Shown piece by piece: positions 10,315-18,797 of a stretch of DNA of 64,000 bases. The stretch is from Candidatus Spongiisociaceae bacterium (GTDB lineage Bacteria > Actinomycetota > Acidimicrobiia > Spongiisociales > Spongiisociaceae): positions 576,001 to 640,000 of the forward strand of contig OZ241841.1 in assembly GCA_965202665.1 (NCBI GenBank), read 5' to 3'. Position 1 is the stretch's first letter; each line of letters opens with the position of its first letter. The position numbers were made by a program, and so were the translations under genes. The notes under the pieces were generated by a model that was given only the letters and a program-made list of their open reading frames with translations, was not told where the DNA came from and ran no database searches.

Positions 10315-11031
10315 TCAAAAACAGGCCAGAACGACGGGCAGGGCGCCCAAAGAGCGCAATCTGTCCTGGGAAATGAGCTCGTTGAGAATGTCGGCTTCTT
10401 TCCCCGCCGGACACGCGGCCTGCAAAGCCTCCAACGCCGCGTGGTATACGCAGTCCACCTCCCCGGTCCCACGGGCTATGGCCGCCAACCGCGAAGGCAA
10501 CGGCTCGGTCGTAACCGTGACTATGTGGGGCTGACGACCTCGACGACGGCTAGTTAAGATGACTCCTTCATGTCGGATGTTTTGAACGCGATCCGACCTG
10601 ATGGTCCATTTGCAAGAGATGGCCGCGTGCAAAAACGGGATGTCCTCCGTTTGCAGTCCAACCGTGATATCCGGCTTGATCAGATATTCGGTTCCCAACT
10701 CGGTTCGCAAAGTTCCGGTGTCATCTGCGTCAATCAACTCCCGCACCCGTCGTAAGTGCTCATATTGGGTGAAATCGGTGATTTTCTCCGCGCCGATTAC
10801 CCAACCGCGTTCCGGAGCCAGGCTGCGCAGTTCCTCTTCCACCCATGCCAGCACCGCCTTTTCGAACCGGCTGCCCAGGGTCTGGGGCGCTTCGGTGGAA
10901 CGGCGGTCGACCCCCAACCCTTCAAAAATTCCAGTAGCAATCTCTACGCTTACCGGGCTGGATCGGTCAGAAATATTAGGCCTGCCGTTACGCCGGCCAA
11001 ACAGTTTCCGAATAGCCGCCGGTACGCTCAC
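10315..11031 (-). CDS. NgoMIV-family type II restriction endonuclease
   Basis: IKPDITV...FLHAAISCKWTIRSDRVQNIRHE and TTEPLPSRLAAIARGTGEVDCVYH resemble NgoMIV motifs; GTG start overlaps the methylase stop (GTGA). Confidence 0.85.
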   Translation of the reverse strand: MSVPAAIRKLFGRRNGRPNISDRSSPVSVEIATGIFEGLGVDRRSTEAPQTLGSRFEKAVLAWVEEELRSLAPERGWVIGAEKITDFTQYEHLRRVRELIDADDTGTLRTELGTEYLIKPDITVGLQTEDIPFLHAAISCKWTIRSDRVQNIRHEGVILTSRRRGRQPHIVTVTTEPLPSRLAAIARGTGEVDCVYHAALEALQAACPAGKEADILNELISQDRLRSLGALPVVLACF

Positions 11032-12107
11032 CGACTCAGCAACCCGGCTAGGTAAACGGCTATCGCCTCGGCCAAAAGCGGGGGGACGGCGTTGCCTATC
11101 TGCCGGGCGATTTCTATCTTGGATCCGCACCAGGCGAAGTCATCCGGAAAGGTTTGGAGCCGGGCGGCCTCCCAATGGCTGATGACCCGATTTACCCGCC
11201 GGGCGGGATCGGACGGGTCCCATTGCGGGTGCAAGTAACGGCCTTTCTCCGGTTTGAAAAACTCGGTGCGAATGGTCAAGGCCGGTTTGTCCCACTCCAG
11301 CCGCCCCATCACATCCACCGTGCCGGACGGTTTCCTCCTCCAACAATCCGGCAACAACTCATCAGGCAGATCAAACCTGCCTCCGCCGGGCGGCACCGCA
11401 TCGTAACGTCGCAGGGACAACGGCCGGGGGGAGCGCGACAGGTGAAGCTCGGTGGCTTTAAACGGACCGGGGACGCCCGACGGCAAACGGCGGACCGGCA
11501 ACGCAGCCGGACCGGTCTCAAAAGGAATCCCCGTCAAAGCCGAACGCACCGTTCGCCACGATGGCAAATCCCCCTCTCGGCCGTGGGTGGCGGGGGGCAA
11601 GGCGGGGAGGCCGTTGCGCAAGCCGATCACGATGGCCCGGCGACGGCGTTGCGGAACCCCGAAATCGGCCGCGTTGAGCGTCCCGGCCGCCAGCTGGTAG
11701 TCGCGCAACGGCCCATCGTCCGTCCAAGAACGCAACAGGCCGAACTGATCGGATTTCAAAAATTGGGGAACGTTCTCAATCAGAAACGCACGCGGCCGAC
11801 TGAGGCGCACCACCCGCGCAAATTCCCGCCACATCTCGTTGCGGTGGTCGCCCGGGTCCCTGGTCCCCAAGGTGGAAAATCCCTGGCAGGGCGGCCCGCC
11901 GACCACCGCCTCCGCCTGCGGGAAGGCGTCATCCGGCAACCGGGCGATGTCATCCGTCAACACATGTCGGCCGAAGTTCGCTTCATAGGTGGCGGCCGCC
12001 GCCCGGTCCCACTCCACCGCCAAAACCGGCTCAAAACCGGCCCGGACAAACCCCTCGGTGATACCGCCGCATCCGGCGAACAGGTCGATCATTTGCATTT
12101 GCGGCAC
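11028..12107 (-). CDS. C5 cytosine DNA methyltransferase (cognate of the NgoMIV-like REase)
   Basis: DLFAGCGG (motif I), GGPPCQGFS (IV), IENV (VI), GVPQRRRR (VIII), RQIGNAVPP (X); RBS GGAGG before GTG. Confidence 0.95.
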   Translation of the reverse strand: MPQMQMIDLFAGCGGITEGFVRAGFEPVLAVEWDRAAAATYEANFGRHVLTDDIARLPDDAFPQAEAVVGGPPCQGFSTLGTRDPGDHRNEMWREFARVVRLSRPRAFLIENVPQFLKSDQFGLLRSWTDDGPLRDYQLAAGTLNAADFGVPQRRRRAIVIGLRNGLPALPPATHGREGDLPSWRTVRSALTGIPFETGPAALPVRRLPSGVPGPFKATELHLSRSPRPLSLRRYDAVPPGGGRFDLPDELLPDCWRRKPSGTVDVMGRLEWDKPALTIRTEFFKPEKGRYLHPQWDPSDPARRVNRVISHWEAARLQTFPDDFAWCGSKIEIARQIGNAVPPLLAEAIAVYLAGLLSR

Positions 12108-12150
12108 AGTTTACCTCCCGGAAATTACGAGAATGTTATTTGTTCCCCGC

Positions 12151-12172
12151 ATTTTGAACCGCGCCTGTGACA
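12151..12172 (-). promoter_or_regulatory. PafBC/RecA-NDp-like promoter facing the R-M operon
   Basis: Minus strand TGTCAC-aggcgcggtt-CAAAAT, 44 nt upstream of the methylase start; -10 begins with C. Confidence 0.45.
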
Positions 12173-12256
12173 AACGGGAGCTCCGCTTATCCGTCAGGGG
12201 ACCGGATGGCATCCCGGCCGGGGGAAACAACCCGGTCCGCCGCCTCCTCCCAAATT

Positions 12257-12278
12257 TGTCACACCCGCCCCCTACATT
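12257..12278 (+). promoter_or_regulatory. PafBC/RecA-NDp-like promoter of the small ORF-adnAB unit
   Basis: TGTCAC-acccgccccc-TACATT. Confidence 0.7.
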
Positions 12279-12326
12279 GATTTTCACCAAGCGCCGAAAG
12301 CCGGCGCGCTGATGAAAGGAGCAAAC

Positions 12327-12509
12327 ATGTTGACCAGGTTGCCAACCAGGGAGCGTCCCGCAACCGGGCGTCCGGACCCGTTCGCGTTCGCGGCCGCGGA
12401 GGCGGCGTTGCGGGAAGCGGGCATCGGGTTCACCGTGGTGGAAGATTCCGCTTCGACCCGGGAACCCCCGGCTGCGGCGGCCCCCGCCGGACGGCGCATC
12501 GCAGCCTGA
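12327..12509 (+). CDS. Small hypothetical protein (60 aa) preceding adnA
   Basis: AAAGGAG RBS 5 nt before ATG; MLTRLPTRERPATGRPDPFAFAAAEAALREAGIGFTVVED... Confidence 0.5.
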   Translation: MLTRLPTRERPATGRPDPFAFAAAEAALREAGIGFTVVEDSASTREPPAAAAPAGRRIAA

Positions 12510-12602
12510 TGGAACGGCTTCTTTTCCCGAGCGGCCGGATCCCCCGAATTTCGGGCCAAGCCGCCGCGCCTGTCCGATCGGGGAGAGGGACGTGTTATAA
12601 AG

Positions 12603-15600
12603 ATGGCTATGACCAACTTTGACGAACAACGCTTGGGGCCGGACCAGTGGTCCGATGCCGTGGCGGAGACGGACGGGCCGCAACTGGTGGTAGCCGGACC
12701 GGGCGCGGGCAAAACCGAATTCTTGGTGCGCCGGGCCGCCCATCTGGTGGACGAAGCCGGCCACCCCCCCGCCGCCCTGCTGGCCCTCACTTTCTCCCGG
12801 CGGGCCGCGGCTGACTGCCGGGAGCGCATCGGACGCGCCCTGCGCAACCCGGCCGGGACCATCGGGGCCTCCACCTTTCATTCGTTCTTCTACCGGGTGC
12901 TGGAAACCCATGCTCCGGAAGCGCTGGGATGGACCGAACTCCCCTCCATCCTGACCGGCCCCGAACAGATCAACCTGGTTTCCAAACTGCTGGCCGACGG
13001 CCCCGACGCCGACTGGCCGAAAACTTTCCGCTCCTTGTTGGGCACGCGCACTTTCGCCGCCGAGGTGACCGATTTCATCCTGAGGGCCAACGAGCGCCTG
13101 ATCTCCCCCGAAGAGTTGCAGGAGCGGGCCGCCGACCGGGCCGACTGGCGGGCCCTACCCGAATTTCTGCGCCGTTACCGCCGGGCCCTGGCCGAGAAGG
13201 GCCGCATCGACTACGGCACCTTGCAAGCCAAAACCGTGGAAATCCTGGAAAACGAGACGGTCAGGGAAAAGTTGGCCGACCAATATCGTTACCTGCTGGT
13301 GGACGAATACCAGGACACCACCGCCGCTCAAGCCCGGCTGTTGGTTCTGCTCAACGGGGCGCGGGGCAATATCACCGCCGCCGCCGACCCCTACCAGTCC
13401 ATTTACGGGTTCCGGGGCGCGGACCTGCGCAACGTTGTCCGGTTCGCCGATGATTTCCGCCCTCCCGCCGGGGACCCCGTTCGGCGGTGGGTGCTGGACA
13501 CCTCTTTCCGCACCCCGGCCGCCATTCTGGAAGCGGCCGTCGGCTTGACCGCCGGCATCGACCTGCCGGGCGCGGCCGGACCGGTGAAACCCGCCGACCA
13601 TCCAGGCCGGGTGGAGGCCTATGTATTCGACCACCCTTCCCAGGAATCGGAGTGGATCGCCGGCGAAGCGGTGCGCCTGCATTTGGAGGAACAGGTTCCC
13701 TACAGCCGCATGGCGGTTTTGGTCCGCACCAAACAGCGGTTGCTGGTGGAGTTGTCCAGGGCCCTGGAAAGGCGCTCCGTCCCCCATGACCGGCCCGATG
13801 TCCGGTTGGCGGACCACCCGGCGGCCCGCATCATCTTCGACTTGGCCCAGGCGACGGCGGCCGTAAACCCGACCGAGGCGGCCGCCCCCATGCGCCGCCT
13901 GTTGCTCGGAAAACTGTTCCGAATCGGAATAGGCGAATACCGTCGGTTGGAGCGTCGCGCCCTGGCGGAGAACGGGAGCTGGGCGGAGGTGATCCGAAAG
14001 GAACTGCCGTCGGGCGGGGCATTGGCCCGGTTGCTGGAAGACTCCGAATGGGCCAACCGACCGGCGGCGAGCGGCTTCTGGCACGCTTGGACGGAGCTCC
14101 CCCAGTTCGTCCCTTTGGCCTTGGACTCCCGACAAGGCGAATACCGGGCGGCTTGGGCCAGCCTGTCGCAGACGCTCCACCGGGCGATGGAGCGCAATCC
14201 TCGCCTCACCCTGACGGAGTATGCGCGTCTGGCCGACTCGGACGACTTCGAGGCCACGCCCCTGCTGGATTACCGCCCGGAAGGCCGGGACCAGCTGGTT
14301 CTTACCACCCTCCATCAGTCCAAAGGATTGGACTTTGAGGCGGTGTTCATCGCCGACGCGGTGGAGGGCGTTTTTCCCGATCTGCGCCGCCATCAGTCTC
14401 TCCTGCAAGTGGAACGGTTGCACCTGGAACAAAGCGACCGGGAAACCGCCGCCCTGCTCCGCCTGCAGGAGGAAACCCGCTTGGCGTACACCGCTATGAC
14501 CCGGGCCCGCACCCGGGTGGTGTTCACCGCCACCAAAGCCGGGGACGATCTGGAGCAACGCCCGCCCAGCCGCTTCCTCACCAAGGTGGTTCATCCCGCC
14601 CAACCCTCCGCGCCCGATGAACCCGGCGACGGTCAGCCGGTGACCCCCCAGCAGGCCGAAACCTGGCTGCGCGCCGCCCTGTCCGACCCCGGGCGCCCCG
14701 CTCCCCGCAAACTGGCCGCCGCCTATGTGCTGGCCGCCAACCCGCACCCGGATCTGCGCCGCCCCGACCAGTTCGCCATGGTGCGCCCCCCGGGCCCGGA
14801 CCGGGGCCTGGTACCGGAAGAATTTACTTTCTCCCCCACCAACGCCGAGAGCTACGACGCCTGCCCCCGCCGGTTCGTTTTGGAGCGTCTCCTGAAAATG
14901 TCCCTTTCCAAAGACCAGTACGCCGAGTTCGGTTCCCTCATCCACAAAGTGCTGGAACGGGCGGATCGCCGGGCTATGGAGGAAAGCCGGGCTTCCACCC
15001 TGCCGGAGGCCATGGACTTGTTGGAAGAGCATTTTCCCGAATACGATTTTGGTTCCGGCTCTTGGCCGGAAGCTTGGAAAAAACGGGCCCGCACCCTGCT
15101 GGAAAACTATTACGAACACATGGCCCCTCCCGACCCGCCGTTGCTGGTGGAGCACAAGGTGGAAACGGAGTTGGCCGGCATCCGCTGGAAGGGCAGGATC
15201 GATCGTATTCACCGCACCACAAACGGGGCGGCCCTGATCGATTACAAAACCTCCAAAAATCCGCCTTCCAAGAAAGAAGCGGCCGTCTCTTTGCAACTGG
15301 GCTTCTACCGCTTGGCCGCCCGGCGGGATCCAACCCTTGAGGAACTCCTGTCTCGAACTCCCGGCGGCATTTTCGCACCGGAACTTTCCGCCACCTTCTG
15401 GCATCCGCTGACTTTCAACGACCGCAACGAAAGCCGGGCGGTGCTGGATTTCGACCCCGGACAGGACGACGAGGTGCGGCAAAACCTGGAAGAAGCGGCG
15501 GCCGGCGTGCTGGCCGAGGACTGGGGACCGCAACCGGGGGCCCACTGCGGACGGTGCGATGTGCGCATCACCTGCCCGGCGTGGCCGCAAGGCAAGGAGG

Positions 15601-15614
15601 CTTATTCGCCATGA
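12603..15614 (+). CDS. adnA: AdnA-like UvrD helicase-PD-(D/E)XK nuclease subunit
   Basis: AGPGAGKT, LLVDEYQD, QSIYGFRGA, TLHQSKGLDF, C-terminal GRIDRI..LIDYKT..QL..Y nuclease. Confidence 0.85.
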   Translation: MAMTNFDEQRLGPDQWSDAVAETDGPQLVVAGPGAGKTEFLVRRAAHLVDEAGHPPAALLALTFSRRAAADCRERIGRALRNPAGTIGASTFHSFFYRVLETHAPEALGWTELPSILTGPEQINLVSKLLADGPDADWPKTFRSLLGTRTFAAEVTDFILRANERLISPEELQERAADRADWRALPEFLRRYRRALAEKGRIDYGTLQAKTVEILENETVREKLADQYRYLLVDEYQDTTAAQARLLVLLNGARGNITAAADPYQSIYGFRGADLRNVVRFADDFRPPAGDPVRRWVLDTSFRTPAAILEAAVGLTAGIDLPGAAGPVKPADHPGRVEAYVFDHPSQESEWIAGEAVRLHLEEQVPYSRMAVLVRTKQRLLVELSRALERRSVPHDRPDVRLADHPAARIIFDLAQATAAVNPTEAAAPMRRLLLGKLFRIGIGEYRRLERRALAENGSWAEVIRKELPSGGALARLLEDSEWANRPAASGFWHAWTELPQFVPLALDSRQGEYRAAWASLSQTLHRAMERNPRLTLTEYARLADSDDFEATPLLDYRPEGRDQLVLTTLHQSKGLDFEAVFIADAVEGVFPDLRRHQSLLQVERLHLEQSDRETAALLRLQEETRLAYTAMTRARTRVVFTATKAGDDLEQRPPSRFLTKVVHPAQPSAPDEPGDGQPVTPQQAETWLRAALSDPGRPAPRKLAAAYVLAANPHPDLRRPDQFAMVRPPGPDRGLVPEEFTFSPTNAESYDACPRRFVLERLLKMSLSKDQYAEFGSLIHKVLERADRRAMEESRASTLPEAMDLLEEHFPEYDFGSGSWPEAWKKRARTLLENYYEHMAPPDPPLLVEHKVETELAGIRWKGRIDRIHRTTNGAALIDYKTSKNPPSKKEAAVSLQLGFYRLAARRDPTLEELLSRTPGGIFAPELSATFWHPLTFNDRNESRAVLDFDPGQDDEVRQNLEEAAAGVLAEDWGPQPGAHCGRCDVRITCPAWPQGKEAYSP

Positions 15615-18600
15615 ATCACAACCCCGGCTTCGTCCCCTCCCCCGAACAGGCCGACATCCTGGATTACGAGCTGCAGCCGTTGCGGGTGGTGGCCGGGGCG
15701 GGCACCGGCAAGACCACCACCCTGGCCTACCGCATGGCGTCGATGATGGACCGCCACCGGATAGAACCGGAGCAGGTTCTGGGAGTCACGTTCACCAACA
15801 AGGCGGCCTACGAACTTTCCCAACGAGTGGGGGAAATCCTGGCCGCCGGGGAGCCCGACCCGGACCAGGTGGAACGGCGAGTGGAGATTTTCACCTACCA
15901 CGGCTTCGCCCACGACCTGCTGGAAACCTACGGGGCTTTGGCGGGAGTGGAACGCGACGCCCGGATCATCACGCCGGCCGTCTCCCGTGAACTGTTGCGG
16001 CGCAGCGTGCTGGCCGCCGACTTTGATTTCCAGGCGCTGGACATCACCCACCTCCCCACCGTCACCAAAGCCCTGCTGAACCTGGCGGGGGAATGCGCCG
16101 CCAACCTGGTGCGCCCCTCCGACCTGCTGAACGGCCCTCCCGGCGACCCGGCGGCGACGGAAGACGAAACAAGGGCCAAAAGGTCCGAGTTGGCCGCCAT
16201 TCTGCTCACCTACGAGGAGGAAAAACAAAGGCTGAACCTGTTGGACTACGGCGACCTGTTGCGCCGGGCGGTGGATCTGATAGAAAACCATTCGGACATC
16301 GCCGGACGCATCCGGGAGCGCTACCGGTGCGTTCTGCTGGACGAATACCAGGACACCGACCCGGCCCAGCGGCGCCTGTTCAGCCTCCTGTTCGGGGATG
16401 CCGGCCATGGCATCGCGGTCACCTCGGTGGGCGACCCCGACCAGTGCATTTTCGAATGGAGGGGGGCGTCCCGATTCAACTTCGAGGCCTTCGCCGAAGA
16501 TTTTCGCCGCTCGGACGGGTCCCCCGCCGACACCCGCAACCTGTCCATCAACCGCCGTTCCGACCGCCTCATCCTGGATTTGGCCAACCGCATCCGCGGC
16601 AAAATCAAAGAGCGGTCGCCGTCCCAAGACCTGCGACCCCTGCCGGAGGCGGGCGCGGGACGCGTCTACGCCAGCTGGCATCCCGATTTCCGGGCGGAGG
16701 CGCAGGCAGTCGCCGAACAGGCCCGCATGCATAACCAGCAGGGCGTCGCCTGGTCGGAGATGGCGGTGCTGTTTCGTAAAAACAAGGATATGGAGGCGGT
16801 GCGCCTCGCTTTGGAGGCCAACGGCGTCCCCTATCAGATGGCCGATCTGGGCGGTTTGCTGAAAGTGCCGGAAGTGGTGGAAACGGTGGCCTGGCTGCGA
16901 CTGTTGTCCGACCCGGAGGACGGGCCGGCCCTGGCCCGCCTCCTGCTCGGATCGCGTTTCCGCCTGGGGCTGGCCGACCTGCAACCTTTGACGGAATGGG
17001 CCGGGGGGCAGTTAAAAAACCGCGGCGACCGGGGCCCGGCCGCCCAGATTGAGGCCCTGGATCATTTGGACGAGGTGGAAATCTCCGAAGAGGCCGCCCG
17101 CCGTCTGGAAGAATTTCGCGTGTTGCACGATCGGTTGCTGGTGGAGGCGCAGTCCGCTTCGCTGTCGGAGCTGACCAGGGCGGTGCTGACCGAAACCGGC
17201 GCCTGGCAGGAAATCGATTCTCTTCCCGGCCACGCCCGGCTCACCGCCCGCCTCAACCTCTACTATCTCTTGGACCTGACCGAGCAGTGGGCCCCCTTGG
17301 AGGGCAGGCGTTCGCTGACCGGTTTCCTGGAGCATCTCAAGATTTTGGAGGACACCCCCCAAGAGGAACCGGATGCGGCCCGCATCAGCGCCGAAGAAGC
17401 GGTGACCCTGCTCACCGTCCACCGCGCGAAAGGCCTGGAGTGGGACGTGGTGTTCCTGCCCGCTCTCTACAAGGGCAATTTCCCCACCCAGCCCAGGGCC
17501 CTGCTGGACCCGGCCCGCCATCACTACACCCTCCCCTATGAGTCGCTGGTGGACCCCGGGCCGCGGGAGCAAATCGGATCGGAGATCGACGAGGAGGCGA
17601 GAAAAGAGTGGGGGCGGGAGAAGCATTACGACCAGGAATGGCGGTTGGCCTATGTGGCGACCACCCGCGCCCGGAAAGCCCTGCATCTGAGCGGGGCCTG
17701 CTGGTATGAGCTGTCCAACTCGCCCGAACCCAAAAAACGGGTGGACAAACCAAGCGAGTTGCTGGAGATGTCCCGGGACTTGCCCGGGGCGGAAGTCCCG
17801 GTGTGGAGCGACCCGCCCCCGGAGCGTCCGGAAAGCCTGCAACCGGCCATGGCGGAGCGCGCCCCGGACCCGGATTTGGGGGTGACATGGGATGAGGCGT
17901 TGCGGCGAACCTTGGCCGACCCGTCTTGGACGGAGCGCAAAGCCGAAGAACTGGGGGTGCGCGGGTCCTACGATAAGGCGGTGGAGGAGATGAACCAGGT
18001 TCTGTTTTCCCTGCCCGACCCGGCGGAGCCCGATCCGGAGGATGATACGACCCGGACGTCGGTGACCGCCCTAGTCGTCTACGCCGACTGCCCCAAACGG
18101 TTCTTCTGGTCGGAGGTGGACCGGCTACCCCGCAAACCCCCCGGCCCGGGCCTCCGGCGGGGCCTGCAACTGCACCGTCGCATAGAACTGTTCAACCGGG
18201 GGAATATCCCGTTCGAGGAGCTGAGCGAAAACCTATACGACCGGGCCCCGGACGAGGAGCAAGTAACAACCCCCGCCGCCCTGCCCGGAAAGAAACGTTC
18301 CGGATGGGAGGCTTTCCAAGAATCCCCATACGCCGAGCGGACCCCGTCGGCGGTGGAAAGCCTATTTGAGTTTCGAATTTCCCCCGAGGCGTGGATCCGC
18401 GGCCGGGTGGACGCCATCTACCCGCTAGACGGCGGCGGCTGGGAAATAGTGGACTGGAAGTTAGGCGGACCCTCCACTCGCCAATCAGCCCTGATACAAC
18501 TCCAGGCCTACGCCCTAGCCGCCAAAGCGGGCGCCCTGGGCCACCCGGTCCCCGACCAGTTGCAAGTAAGTTTCGTATACCTGGGCGCCGGCCCGCAGGT

Positions 18601-18784
18601 AGTAACCCACCAAGTGGACGAACCGTGGCTAGCCGAAGCCCGCACCCGCCTAGAAGGGTTGATGGCGAACATCCGCTCCGAACAGTTCGACCCCGCCCCC
18701 TCCCCCGCCTGCCGCACCTGCGACTTCCAAAAGTTCTGCCCCGAAGGCCAAGCCTTCCTATCCGCCGACGCCGACTCTAAATAA
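15611..18784 (+). CDS. adnB: AdnB-like UvrD helicase-PD-(D/E)XK nuclease subunit
   Basis: ATG overlaps the adnA stop; AGAGTGKTT, VLLDEYQD, TVHRAKGLEWD, GRVDAIY..IVDWK..QLQAY. Confidence 0.85.
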   Translation: MNHNPGFVPSPEQADILDYELQPLRVVAGAGTGKTTTLAYRMASMMDRHRIEPEQVLGVTFTNKAAYELSQRVGEILAAGEPDPDQVERRVEIFTYHGFAHDLLETYGALAGVERDARIITPAVSRELLRRSVLAADFDFQALDITHLPTVTKALLNLAGECAANLVRPSDLLNGPPGDPAATEDETRAKRSELAAILLTYEEEKQRLNLLDYGDLLRRAVDLIENHSDIAGRIRERYRCVLLDEYQDTDPAQRRLFSLLFGDAGHGIAVTSVGDPDQCIFEWRGASRFNFEAFAEDFRRSDGSPADTRNLSINRRSDRLILDLANRIRGKIKERSPSQDLRPLPEAGAGRVYASWHPDFRAEAQAVAEQARMHNQQGVAWSEMAVLFRKNKDMEAVRLALEANGVPYQMADLGGLLKVPEVVETVAWLRLLSDPEDGPALARLLLGSRFRLGLADLQPLTEWAGGQLKNRGDRGPAAQIEALDHLDEVEISEEAARRLEEFRVLHDRLLVEAQSASLSELTRAVLTETGAWQEIDSLPGHARLTARLNLYYLLDLTEQWAPLEGRRSLTGFLEHLKILEDTPQEEPDAARISAEEAVTLLTVHRAKGLEWDVVFLPALYKGNFPTQPRALLDPARHHYTLPYESLVDPGPREQIGSEIDEEARKEWGREKHYDQEWRLAYVATTRARKALHLSGACWYELSNSPEPKKRVDKPSELLEMSRDLPGAEVPVWSDPPPERPESLQPAMAERAPDPDLGVTWDEALRRTLADPSWTERKAEELGVRGSYDKAVEEMNQVLFSLPDPAEPDPEDDTTRTSVTALVVYADCPKRFFWSEVDRLPRKPPGPGLRRGLQLHRRIELFNRGNIPFEELSENLYDRAPDEEQVTTPAALPGKKRSGWEAFQESPYAERTPSAVESLFEFRISPEAWIRGRVDAIYPLDGGGWEIVDWKLGGPSTRQSALIQLQAYALAAKAGALGHPVPDQLQVSFVYLGAGPQVVTHQVDEPWLAEARTRLEGLMANIRSEQFDPAPSPACRTCDFQKFCPEGQAFLSADADSK

Positions 18785-18797
18785 TCTGGGAAACCAC

